The position numbers and the translations under genes are program-made. 64,000 nucleotides of DNA from Callorhinchus milii (Eukaryota): positions 76,076,001 to 76,140,000 of the forward strand of contig NW_024704743.1 of NCBI RefSeq assembly GCF_018977255.1, read 5' to 3'. The notes beneath the pieces are model-generated. The model did not search any database. It saw nothing but the letters and a program-made list of their open reading frames with translations, and was not told where the DNA came from. The number at the start of each line of letters is the position of its first letter. Position 1 is the first letter of the stretch. Shown piece by piece: positions 12,401-24,770 of the stretch.

Positions 12401-15400
12401 CGGGACCGGCCCGGCATCTTCAGCGGCTCTTTCGACGAGATGTCCTCCAAGGACGAGGAGTCGTCGTCCCTCGACTTCTTCGACGCCATCCCCCTGAGCA
12501 ACCAAGTCTCGTACTCTCACCTGATGTACCAGCCGGCGCCGCTCCAGCTGCCCGAGGTGTCGGCCTCGGACCCCACCCTGGCGGCTGCTGGCAACCAGCT
12601 GGAGAGCCGCTGCGCCTTCGACAGGGAGAAGGTGATCTGCAGCGCTTGTCACAAGGAAGCCTACCCCGACCCCCCAAGTGAAAGCTACGCCGAGTGCAGG
12701 TATCACTCACTGAGCAGGAGCCTGGAGAGGGAAGGCTCCTTGACCCCCGGGGAGCAGGCGCCCGCCGGCAGCGCGCCGACTGGCCACAGGTCCCGCAAGA
12801 GCCGCAGGTTCTCCGTCGACTCCTTCGGCTCGAAGACCAAGAAGAAGAGCCGCCACTCGTCCGATTCCGAGCCGACCCAAGAGGAGCCTGACGAGGAGTA
12901 CGGCGGCTTCGGGGCCTCCCCCGCGGAGAAAGGGCAGGGGGCAGCGATCCCGGGCTCCTCCCGCAAGGCGCTCCTCCGCAGAACATCCAAACTGACCGCA
13001 ATGCAGACGTGCAAGAGGCCGGTGCAAGACAAGCTGAAAGGGAGGAAGAGGGGAGCCGAGCTGGTGGAGGGTGCAGTGGGTCGAAGAGAAGCGGCCAGGC
13101 TGGACAGCGAGCTCCAGAGAGCCTGGCAAGCCGCCAAACCAGAACGAAAACGCAAGGAGAAGAAAAAGTGTGTACAGAAGGCTATGAGCGGTAAGTGTGC
13201 GTGTGTTTGGGTGCCATACTCCTTGGCTCCTGTCAACAGCTTCACTTCTGCGGACCTGAACTCCTCAAAACTCCCTGGCTCTCCCTCAGACGCAATGAAC
13301 TAGCGCGCATTTTAGGCATCCAGTTGGACCCCCAGGTGCCCTCCCTCCCCCACATCTGTTCTCTAACCAGGACCGCCCGCCTCCGACCGTACCTTTCCCC
13401 AAATGCAGCCGAAATACTCGTGCACGCGTTTGTCACCTCCCATCTGGATTATTCAAATGCACTCCCCAGCTTCAATATTCAAAAAAAAAAAAAAAATCCA
13501 GCTCATTCAGAACTCTGCTGCCCTCATACTGACCCGGACCCACATCTCACCAGTTCTGGCCAGGCTCCACTGGCCAGACTGATCGACTTCAAGATCCTCA
13601 CACTCATGTTCAAATCCCTTCACTCTCCAACCTCCTCACTCCCCTCTGTTCAACTGGCACCAGCCTCTTGCTCATTGTTTTGCCCACAAATATACAGTTA
13701 ATTCACTTTACAGTATATTCTGTGAAGCGCTTTGAGACGTCTAGAAGACGTGATAAGGCGCTATATCAAATGCAAGGATTATTATTATTATTATTATCCC
13801 TTGTACTCTCCGTTCCACCATCAGTCACTATGCCCCAAAACTCTAGAAAAATCTCCTTCAATCCCTCCAGCTTGCTCCCTCTCTCTCCCCTTTTCAAGTC
13901 TTGCCTGAAAACCTTCCTCTTCAACCGTGCTTATGGCTGCCACCCCCTGGCTCGGAGTCAGGCTCCGCCACTGTTAAGTGCTACCCTGCATGGATGGTGC
14001 TGTATAGGTGGTTGCTGTTGCTATTTATTTCCAGGCTAATCTCCTCACTAGTTCCCGGGGACCTGAGTAAGATTTGTTGAATCATAAAGCAGGACAAAAA
14101 GTGCCTATTTTTAGCACGTCTATTTGTATTGCCCCCAACTTTCTTTAATGTATTCATCTGTAGGAAAATAGCCACTTATAACTTGGTTTCTAAATGCAGT
14201 GAAAGCATCCATAAAACCTGTTTGATACATAGGAGCAGGAATAGGCCATTCAGCCCTTCTAGCCTGTTCTGCCATTCTATTAGACCATAGCTCAACCCTA
14301 AAAATACCCACCCTTGCCCTGTATCCCTTGATGCCCTTACCTAACAAAAATCTATCCACCTCAGTCTTAAATTTGAATGGATCCAGCATCTGCAGCCTTT
14401 TGGGAAAGAGAGTTCCAGATTTCCACTTCCCTTTGAATGAACAAATGTCTCCTGATACAACTGCTAATGGAAAGGTTACAGCATAGGATGCTATTTGCCC
14501 CATCAGCTGGTGCTAGATCCCCAATAAAGTGAGGTTTATAAATCAATTCCTGTTCCAGAACTTCCTTATCACTCTGATTATTCTCCTATCCCACTCCTCT
14601 GTTTGCCTCCTCCATTCAGCAAATTAAAGCCCAAGCTTTCAGTTTTTACTCTCCTACCATCTGGAATGCTCTTGCCCCTTTTTCTCTAACCCTCCCACCC
14701 ACACCCCCACGCATAAAACCTCCCTCTTTAGCTGTACCTGTGGCCACCTCGCCCTCTTCTTACCATTGCTCAGATGTTGAGGGCACTACAGAAATGTTGC
14801 TTGTTCTGCTGTAATTCCATTCCCCTGCACTGTCCGGTTTGTCAAGTATTCCATTTCCTCTATGAATGTTACTTGAACTTGGCTCAACAACTATTTGTGA
14901 TGAGGCATTCCACATTTTAACTGTGTGTGTTCTGTAATCCAGCAAGAACATTGCAACTTTCTCTCTACATAACTCACTATTGAATTCCTCCTGTGTGCTT
15001 TCATAACCTGCTGCTCAATAGTGCATCCCAAATACAATACAAAATTACATATGTATAACACCTTTCATGTTGGGAGGTCATCCTAAGGTGCTGAACAGTC
15101 AGGAATTTGGAGCTGAGTGGGGGAAGGGTTTGGGTAAGAAGAATGGAGAGTGGCCAAAGGCACGGTCGAGGAGAAGTGTCTTGAGACGCGCCTTGAAGGA
15201 GACAAGGGAGGGTGCAAGGTGAAGAGAATGTGGGATGGAGTTCCAAAGGGTGGGAGGCTGAAGGTTTGACCGTCGATCGTGGGCTGGGCGGGATGTGGAG
15301 CAGGCCGGAGCCTAAACAATGTCTTATACAAATTCAGCATACCTCCTTGCTCAGTGCTTTAGCTTGTTTTCTCTCTTGCATTTGCCTAATTGGCCTAAAT

Positions 15401-18400
15401 TTCCTGACTTGATCCCTTCAAAACTCAATCTGCTCCTTTTTAAACAAATAAGTGTTCCTACTTGGTATATGGGTGTGACAAATTAAAAATTGATTTGAAG
15501 CTTAAATCTACTAGAATTCATTGATTTCTTTTGCATTGCAATGAATGAAGATGCATATTTAATAATAGCAAAACCACTAAATAGTAATTGAGCACAATAG
15601 GAACCAAGATAAGTATTAATTGTTGGGCAAATCCCATATCAAAAGCTATTTTGTTACTGTTTATGTCAGATCCAAACTGGTCCCTTTGTTGATGCAACAG
15701 AATATCAATCCCAGAGTTCTTAATACATTCTGTCACACTAATGTATTTCTAGCTTTGTTACTGCTGCTGGTTGCCTATATTTATTGAAAAAAATTCAGTA
15801 TTATCAGCAACTTAAAAGTGCCATTTTTCGACCACAACCTTATAAAGAGAAATGTGTGTAACAATGACATTTCAAACTGAAAGTTGATGGTCTTGTATCA
15901 CACTCGCAATAAGGCTCAAAATCCTAGACCAAAAGCAAATTTCTATGAATGATTGCACTGATTTGCTTTCCTGACAAATAACTTTTTACTATTATATCCC
16001 AGAGCATTATACATTTAAAAGCAACATGCACACAATTTTTATAGTTTTTTTAAAAAAGCAATTCCATTATGTTTGTAACTGGATTTGTCATAAGGGTATT
16101 GTACTAATATGTTGTGGGGTAAGTCACTATCAATTGATTGTTACTTGGCTGGCATGTTTTGTGCAAAGGTTGGTTAGCCAAAATGACCATAATGCTTTTT
16201 TAAAAAAAGTATTTAAATGTTTGTTAATACAGATGTAATTCTAATTTGTGTTTTTTCTTGGTGGACAAAGTACAAAATGAGAGTGAAGAGACAGCTGATG
16301 AGTATTGGAATAAAGTTGGTGCTAAACCCAAGTCCATTGCACATTCACTTGATGCTGAGGATTCAGTGAAAGAATATGGTAGGTGTTCACACTTGATGCA
16401 TTAAGAAATTTGACAATATTTAATATACCACAAAATATAGCACCTTATCACATAAATATCAGGGCTTCACAGGATAAACTATTCTCTGGGTTAAATATTG
16501 GGAAATCTTTCTTGGTTTAAAAATGCATCCACATTGGATACACAAACATTTGTCATAACCTAAATCATCCCCCCCTTATAGAATTTATAACCATACATTG
16601 GTTTCATATCCAATTAATGTTTTGAATATTATTGTAGAATTAGTATTCAGGACAGTAAAAGGAATTTATATAATGGGTAGGAAGTGGTTGAATTGTCTGG
16701 AACATGCACCAAAAGCAAAAACTTGTGTTGCAATAGCTTGCACAATCTGCATTTGTATTAACTTTGTTAAAAGGGCTGCTTTTTGTTGCTATAAACAGCC
16801 CTTGGGGTGTCTTTGCCCCATATAAGGTTCCTTCTTTCACTTCTGATTCAGGTTGTGATGTACATGTTTTTCTACAACAATAAATTGCATTCATAACCCC
16901 TCTTGCATCAGGAGGACATCCCAAAGCGCTGGACAGTTGAGGTTTGTTTTCAAACTTGGATTTGGGATGGGTGTGAAGTTGATCGAAGGTGCGATCAATG
17001 ATTATGGTTTTGAGATAGATGTTGAACAAGGCAAGGAGTAAAACAAAGGCACTCTGGAATGGAGTTCCAGAAAGGCTGATGGGCTGACTGCTGAAGGTGG
17101 GGTAGGCAGGATAGGGAATGTGAAGCAGGCCAGTGCCTGCTGAGTGGAGGGAGCAGCCAGATTGGTAAGGTTTTAGAAGATAGGATGGGGCAAGACAATT
17201 TATTTACTCCAACAGACTGAACAGGGATTTAAGCTATGGTGTGACCTCGGTTTCATGGCCTAACAACTCCAGTGACCAATATCTTAAAGTGCTGGTATAG
17301 TCTATCAATTGTTTCATGAAATGATTCTGTACTATAATTCAGACATTTCAGCCATTTGACTGATTTATCTTTTTATTACTTCGTGCCCAACTTTGTCATT
17401 CTGATTTGGCAATTACATGTTTGGAAGAAGCACTACTATGGTGACTTGGTCTGTACTAACGTCACATCATATTCAGTCCATCAAGTCTATTGTAATGTAT
17501 TGTTAGCTTTGTTTTTCTAATTTTTCCTCATCTTTTTAATATCCTTACTCACCAGTACCAATCTATTGGAAATCTCATTCATTCTGTTTTTAAGTGGTTG
17601 CTAATGATGGTGAGTAAATATGAGGTAGACTGAGCATTGACTTAAAGGAACAATGTAGGGAGGGGAAGTGTTTTCCTACAACAAATATGCTGCATTAAGC
17701 AATTGTCTTATGATGTGAAGTATATTTTTTTAAATAGAGAAACCTCAACAAAAAGTTAGAACGATTTATAAATCCAACCCTCCAAAGAGAGCCACAAAAG
17801 AACCTAATGAAGCAGAGATCTGGGAGTCTGCTCGATCACATGGATTGCAAGGTCAGCATCACTAAAGATTGACTTGTAAGAATGTATTGCTAGAGGTGCT
17901 GCTTCCTTTTGAACCTTTTACATTGTTTCTGCACTTGAAAGGTGTTGGGTTTCATGCACAGATGAGTGTCTGTGTATACAAGTGGTGTGATGACCCTTAA
18001 TGCATGTACACAACTTTTTATACTGCCATCTCTGCTTCTCAGATATCCAGTGGAGGCCTGGAGTTGAACCCACATGGCAAGCATCTTTGCTCCCTGCCTT
18101 TCTCCCATTTCCCTTGCTATTTCAATGATGGAGCTAACAAAAATAAACCTGACTTTTTTTGCATGTAGAAGGACATCCAATACCATTGCACTACTTGTGT
18201 GATTCAAATAAGTCTCGTATGTGTAAAATTTCATTGGTGGTCTGATCACTGTGGTACCAACCACTCTGCTATTAGTCTGATCTCCTTGACATGTAGGTAA
18301 CTGACTACAGATAAATTCTCCCAAATTTGGCACTGGAAAAATGGGTTGTATTTCGATGTAAAGTAAAAGTGCTGTTAAGAATCTACTTATTTTTGAAGAC

Positions 18401-19044
18401 AGTTAGTGTTGAAGTAATTTGGAGTTTCAAACATTTTAATTGAGCTTTGCATGGTAATGACTAGGTGTGTGAGTTCCATCTTAAAATGGAAATTGCATGG
18501 GATGTTTTAGAAAATTGGATTCTGTGGTTAATCTAGTCTTGAAGTTAATTGATTTAAAGAATTGTTAAAAGCTTGGCTCATCCACTAGGCTTGGAGGGAC
18601 AATCCTGGTCACTGGGCTGGGATTCTTTCCAGTTGGCTCTTGTTAAAGCTGCAGGCCAAACCCCTAATGGGTAGGGCAGTCCGAGCTGGATAAGCAGAGA
18701 GAAGCTTGACAACCAATACTTTCAATGACTACACAAATTTAGCTGATTAAACTTCAGGAGTACCCCCTTGAACATACTGGGGTCCCCAAGCCTTGGCCCT
18801 TCCTACCTGTGTCTATTAATACTCTCCAGAATTCAGTAAGCAGAGTCCATTCTTCCAGGGAGTATCTGGTTTAGATCCTCTAAACTTATGATGGGTTCCA
18901 CACCTGACTGACCAAAAGAGCCAAACTTGATCACTAAAATGTAAATGGTGTTTTTTTATTACTTTTATGTTCAAGTTCTTCAAGTAACTCTCTTGTATTC
19001 TAGGAAATGCTGTGAGGAGAGGAAGAACTAAAAAACGATATTAA
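9339..19044 (+). CDS. buc: Bucky ball / Velo1 homologue, germ-plasm and Balbiani body organiser; join(9339..9498,11271..13190,16271..16378,17738..17851,19004..19044), 780 aa
   Basis: All introns are GT-AG with consistent phase 1, and the spliced ORF is open (2343 nt). The N-terminus is P/F/Y/Q-rich (ARPFFLPPMQTQP). FYQTTRFRHYNPVRRNVTNTEVQTD matches the Velo1/Buc BUVE block I recall (FYHATRFRHY..KETQTD / SEVQTD). Other family-like motifs: GSYAFQKEEIRIE, WRSFEATVPIY, YVPSSSVLAWL, DEMSSKDE, DEYWNKVGAKPK and a basic C-terminus ending RY. Confidence 0.88.
11271..13190 (+). CDS. buc: buc coding exon 2 (large GC-rich exon, 1920 nt)
   Basis: Acceptor ttccatgtag| at 11270, same frame as the 670-aa ORF, donor AGC G|gtaagt after 13190. 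Confidence 0.9.
13210..14020 (+). mobile_element. Degenerate L2 3' fragment with a SINE 3' part
   Basis: LRPYLSPNAAEILVHAFVTSHLDYSN and IDFKILTL peptides; SINE tail at ~13660-13797. Confidence 0.75.
14225..14465 (-). mobile_element. CR1-type LINE 3' end
   Basis: FKTEVDRFLLGKGIKGY peptide and a typical CR1 3' UTR; others at ~24815-25260, 31897-32330 and 40240-40530. Confidence 0.75.
16271..16378 (+). CDS. buc: buc coding exon 3 (VQNESEETADEYWNKVGAKPK...KEY)
   Basis: Acceptor aag| after a T-rich tract, donor G|gtaggt, phase 1-1, 108 nt. Confidence 0.8.
17738..17851 (+). CDS. buc: buc coding exon 4 (EKPQQKVRTIYK...WESARSHGLQ)
   Basis: Acceptor ttttttaaatag|, donor G|gtcagc, phase 1-1, 114 nt, open frame. 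Confidence 0.75.
19004..19044 (+). CDS. buc: buc last coding exon (GNAVRRGRTKKRY*)
   Basis: Acceptor tcttgtattctag|, TAA at 19042-19044, AATAAA at 19153. Confidence 0.8.
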
Positions 19045-19152
19045 GAATTTTCACATCCCAGATGCACGAGTTCAACAGAGCACATGAAACGCAACTTTAA
19101 AACTCAGTCATTTTAAATGACTTCACATTGTAGCCCACCACTCTAGTTCAAC

Positions 19153-19158
19153 AATAAA
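19153..19158 (+). promoter_or_regulatory. Polyadenylation signal of buc
   Basis: AATAAA about 110 nt after the stop codon. Confidence 0.6.
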
Positions 19159-22100
19159 TGGGTGCAAATCTAATTCTCTGAATTTTATTGTGGTCTGACT
19201 ACAGAATAGAACTTTAAAATACTAACGATTAAAGATCAACAACAAATGCCCATAAATGTGTGAAACTTTTTAAACAAAAAATTAGAGTGAAATTATTTAA
19301 TGATTGGAAATGTGTTGAACCACTGCGTGTGTGGGGAGGGGTGGGTCAACTTACTTAACATAACCATTGAAATTTTAAAGAGAAAAAGTTGCTAATTCAG
19401 ATATAAATTGCAATGTTAACCTTAAAGCCTGAAAGTGTTGCCCTCCCTAAACATTTTTGTCCATCTAGTTTGACTATTTTTAAGTCAACTTGACCTAAAT
19501 TTCTTTTCATCCAATTCCCTGCCACTTTCCTCCAGTTTAAAGGCAGAAGCCCCGGTCAAGTGTTTAAATCTGGCTTCAATGCTTGGTCTTTGACTTTTAC
19601 ATGTTGAACTAGTTGAATTAATTAACACATTTCATAATAGTTGCACTTAGTATAGCACCTTTCTTGACAGAAGGATGCCTGTTTCACAAGATGTACTATA
19701 AAGTGCAGGGATTGTAATTTGTAGGTGAATTATGGTGTCCAATATTGACTTGTTCATAATTTAAAAATTCTTGCATGCCCATCCATCTACAGCATGGATG
19801 TATAGGTTGCTCATCTACACAAGACTACAAATTAGAGAATTCATGACTGAGTTGATCAGTGCTTCAAAGAATTAACTTGAGAAGTGATTTGTAAAACTTT
19901 TAAAAAAAAATCTACAATACAACAGGGCACTATTTATGCATTGCCATAAATTGCTCGAACACGTTAATGTGCCCAAATGCTTTCTGTTGTAACTTTGGGG
20001 TGAGGCAGGAGCATGCAAAGCCAAGCAATTTAATGTTCTTGACTTTCCACGAACTTTTTTTGTTACAAAGCTCTCTGTGCTCTATGTTCAGGAAAGTAAC
20101 TTGCATTTTTTTAAAAAAAATCTTGATTCAAATATCCTGGGTGGCATATAACCTATTATTTTTTTAATAGGCTTTTTTTTAAAAAAAGGGTAAATGGTTA
20201 GTGGTTTGAATTCTGAAATCCTGCCACCTAAAGGTAGCGATGATAATACAATTAGTCAAACTTGTTCAAGCAACCACCTCCATTCAGCAACTACCCCTGT
20301 TATCACAGGCAGAAAACACACAAGTGATCACTTATTCAGAGCCTACCTTTACATAAAGACCACTTTAGCCCAAAACTCCGAGTGGTTGTTAAAGACTGGT
20401 TTGACTGCTGTATGCTCACTTATGCATGGATGCTAGTTTTGAGTTACTCGCATGTCGTTCTGTGCTTAGTGTTGAATTTCTATTCTGGATTCATGCGGAG
20501 AGTTCACTGGCTGCTATGGTGAACAATTGCCTGTTCCCCTGTAGAGTGGACAATAGCTGCTGAACACATTATTTGCTGCCACTCCCTTTGGTTCGCACGT
20601 GAACAATGAGTTTGCACTCGAGAAGAGGAAGTATCACAAACTCGCATCCAATAACTATCACCTAGTTGAGTCTGAACTGAAGATAACCGATTTCTAAGGC
20701 AAGCATTGGAGAATTTCGAACAGAAGCAACTAAAGGATGTACCTTCTTTGCTGCCAACAGAATAAACTGTTCTATTTACAAAAAAAAACAACCTCTATTA
20801 CTGAATTGAAACTTGTAAACTCAGTGGGACTGAGTCTGCTGGTGAATCTGGGTTCTGAGTCTCAATTGATTCCTGTTCACCTCTGAGCTAAGCCCGACAC
20901 AGATACAGCGAATGATACTTTTGTAAAGTATTTTAATTCAGTCTGTTTGAAAGAGAAACGTTTACCTTTTGACTCGCAGAGAGTCCAGGTTTACCAGCAG
21001 AAAGAGTTGAATGGGAGGCTGGTGAAACTCACTGAGACCAGAGTTTGACAGGAGCTAAGAGAACAGCATCTGCGAGAAGGGAGAACATTGGGGAAAAATA
21101 ACTGGACAACAGTAAATTTATAAAAGGAAGGTGGATTATATAGGAGGTGATTTCCATAATCAACAAAGGTGACAGCTATAGATGGAATCTGCATGTTCAC
21201 TAACCTGACCACCAATTGAAAAACAATTTCAAATGATTTAAGTTGACCCTGGGCTTCTGACAAATGGGAGATTAAAATCAGCTGCTTTACTGGTCCTGGT
21301 TACTCAGTAGTACCCTCCACTGGTAACTACGGTTAGTGCATATGATCCTCACACCAGCCATGGAGGAGAGGGGTAATGCTCTGATACTCTCTGTGGTATG
21401 AGTGATCTGCAAATGATTGCAGAGCAATGGTCACTCGGGTGGTGTAATAAAAGGCAACATGCGACTGTTGCCCAGAATGATGAGGCCAGACCAGGAGCAG
21501 TAGTCATGGGAGGGGTGGGGGGGGAATGTTGATTCATTTGATGCACTCATTTTTAAAAAAAATTCACTTTGTGGTTGTTTATGGGAAACTACTGTTATCA
21601 AATCAGTTGCTGTGTCTCACTACAAAATACATAATACCAACATTTGACAGGATTTAAGTTTTTTTTGGCAAATTCCAGCTCGCATGCAAACCCTTAACAT
21701 TCAGGGCCTTGGGATGCCCTCTTGGTGTGGAAGATGCTATATAAAGCAAGTTATTGTTGGCATCATATCAAATGTAAGGGTTATTATAAATGAAAAACAG
21801 ACAATATAGGTAAGGGAGGAAGGGTTCAGCAAGTATGCCTCAGAAGGGGGCAGCAATTGCTAAAGGGAGAGGAACAGATCCACTGGTGCAAGGGCTATTT
21901 TATCACAGGAAGTGGCAACCTTAGGAATATAACATCAATTAATGAGGACATATTTGAAAAATCAAAGTTTGTTACCATAAGGCAATGTAACATTAATGTA
22001 TTTCCTTTGGTAAAATTACTGTTTTTTATATAAAAAAAGAAAACTAAATGTTTTTTGAAGTTGGGTTCACACAGAATGCAACTTGAAGAAACAGGAACTT

Positions 22101-22504
22101 GACCAGGACACACATTACATTGTGGTAAACTTACTCATCGGTATAATAACAGCTGCTATTAAGGATAAGACTCCAACCATAAGGGGTCCAATGTCAGCAA
22201 GAAAAAAGTAATAATACTTGCATTCAATGTGGCATATTGTCAGGCCAAGGGGCCAAGACTGTTTGCAAAAGATTTTTCTCCAGTTCTTACAAACAAAAAG
22301 CTTTGAAATCAAGGTTGAATTTTTCATGCTTCTGCATGAGACTACATTTCAAGACAAAATGGTCTCATAGGTTAAGATAAGCTGTACTTTCAAATATGTG
22401 CTGAGGAAATGGGAGAATTAGTTCGACAGAGTTTAAAATCCCTGTTGTGAGCACTGGTTCCTGATGACAATTACAGGCCAAATACCCCCCGGTATTCAAT
22501 TCAG

Positions 22505-22981
22505 ACAACAACAATTAGATTTATATAGCGCCCTCCACGCGGGATGGCGTCTCAGAGCGCTTTACAGTAACGGATTCTGGGACAGAGCCAGGGGGAAGGG
22601 GGGAAGGTGACCAATGGTGTGGTCGAAAAGAAAGGTCTTTAGCAGAGACCTGAAAATGGGAAGGGAGTGAGGAAGGCAATTCCAGAGCCTCGGGGCATCG
22701 TGGCTGAAGGCACGGCCGCTGAGGGTGGAGCGGAGGACTCGGGGGATGAGGAGGAGGCAAGACCCGGAGGAACGAAGGCAACGGGTACTGTTTTGAGGAG
22801 AAAGGAGGTCAGAGGTGCAGAGGAGTGCAGGGACTTGAATACAAGGGTGAGGATCTTGAAATTGATCCTCTCTGGGACAGGCAGCCAGTGCAGTCTGACA
22901 AGGACTGCGGTGATCGGGGAGTGGAGTTTCGTGCGGGTGAGAATGTGGGCAGCAGAGTTTTGAATGATTTGGATTTTATGG
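22505..22981 (-). mobile_element. L2 LINE 3' end
   Basis: QNSAAHILT..PITAVLVRLHWLPV..RINFKIL and a (GTT)n tail. Confidence 0.85.
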
Positions 22982-23301
22982 ATAATAATAATAATCCTTG
23001 CATTTGATATAGCGCTTTTCACGTCGGGAGGACGTCCCAAAGCGCTTCACAGAACACACTGTAAAGTGAATTGACTGTATATTTGTGGGCGAACGCGGCA
23101 GCCAATTGCGCACAGCAATGTCCCACAAACAGTCGTAGATTGAAAATGACCAATTTAATATTGTTTTGGGTTTTTTGGAGGGATTATTATTAGGCTCTGT
23201 GTGGAGTAAGGAAACTTGCCCAAGGTTTCGCCCGGCCTGGAATTGAACTCAGGTCTCTCGCTTGCAAAGCGAGTGCTCTAACCACTGAGCTACAGGACTC
23301 C
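22982..23301 (-). mobile_element. Young tRNA-derived SINE, full length
   Basis: Same family. Confidence 0.9.
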
Positions 23302-23619
23302 ACAATTGGCACTGATTTCCTACATGCTGGTATTTTCCTGCACATTTAAGTTGATATTAACATCTTCATATATGTTAAAAAAAATTCTGATTTAAAAAAA
23401 ATAAAATTCAAAATATATTCTTTTATAAAATATCCCTTTTAATATGTCCACTTTCTTCTACCTTCCTCTGATTGAGGTCAATGAGTGAGGCAATAATATG
23501 AATATTTTTCTACATCAGAGAAAGGACCCTCACTGTGGAGGTGGATTTTCTTCCATCTATGAGGCTGAGGAATTGAACACTGCAAGTTGCTCATTCAGTC
23601 ATTTGGCTTCATACAAACA

Positions 23620-24770
23620 TAGTTCCCTAGAGTTCAAATGGATGGTAGTGGATGGGAGACCGGCGAGGAGGGCATTAGAATAGTCCAGCCAAGAGGTGAC
23701 AAAGACATAGAACAGGGTTTCAGCGGCTTTTGGGGAGAGGGATTGGCGGAGACGGGCGATGTGTCGGAGGTGGAAGAAAGCAGCGCTGGTGAGAGACCGG
23801 ATGTGGGGGAGGAAGGATAATTGGGAGTCGAACCTGATGCCGAGGTTGCATACGGGTTCGGAGAATTCTAGGGGGAGGTCAGGTAGGTGGAGGAAGTGAG
23901 AGCCAAAGAGTATGGCTTCCGTCTTGTCAACGTTCAGCTGAAGGAAGTTTGCGCTCATCCAGCCCCTGAGATCTGACAGGCAGGCTGACAGAACATCAGG
24001 GGACTGAAGGTCGCAAAGAGAGGTGGAAAAATAGAGTTGGGTGTCATCTGCATACATGTAGAAATGTACCCCATGTCTGCGGATGACATTCCCAAGAGGG
24101 AGCATGTAGATCAGAAAGAGGAGGGGGCCAAGGATGGATCCTTGGGGTACCCTGCAGATGACCGGGTGAGAGCGGGAGGAGAAGCCGTTTGTGCAGATGT
24201 ACTGCTGGGGGTTTGTGAGGTAGGATTCAAACCAAGTGAGTGCGGTCCCACTGAGGTGGATGACAGAGGAAAGGCTGTGGAGGAGGAGGATGGCATGATC
24301 GACTGTGACAAGGAGGCAGAGGGAGCCCTGGTCACAGATAGAGAGGATGTAGTTTGTGACTTTCACAAGCTCAGTCTCTGTACTGTGGGCAGCGCGGAAA
24401 CTGGACTGGAGGGATTCGAAGAGGGAGTGGGAGGAGAAGTGTGCGCAAAGTTGGTAGGAAACAACACGTTCTAGAACTTTTGAGAGGAAGGGCAGGTTAG
24501 AAATAGGGCGGTAATGGCTGGGGTTTGAGGGATCTAGGTAGGGTTTCTTCAGGAGTGGGGTGATGACAGCAGTTTTGAGGGAGGCAGGGACCAATCCGGA
24601 GGAGAGGGACTGGTTGATGATGTCAGCCAGTAATGCGCAGAGGAGGGGGGTGCTGGCTGACCAGTATGTTGATGGGGAGGGGATCGAGAAAGCAGGTGGT
24701 GGGTTTCATGGAGGTGATGGTGGGTGAGAGGGAGGAGGGAGAGATGGGGAGGAAGGAATGTGCTGAAAGA
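23620..24770 (-). mobile_element. L2 LINE reverse-transcriptase fragment (331-aa open frame)
   Basis: YRPISNLPFLSKVLERVV, HSTET, VPQGSILGPLLF, YADDTQLY. Confidence 0.92.

Noticed and set aside
11387..13245. Many long overlapping ORFs on both strands
   Set aside because: By-product of the stop-poor, GC-rich buc exon; no recognisable motifs
23599..24594. Domesticated reverse-transcriptase gene
   Set aside because: Truncated L2 fragment with a deletion in the LLDLSAAFDT region, no endonuclease domain and no expression signals
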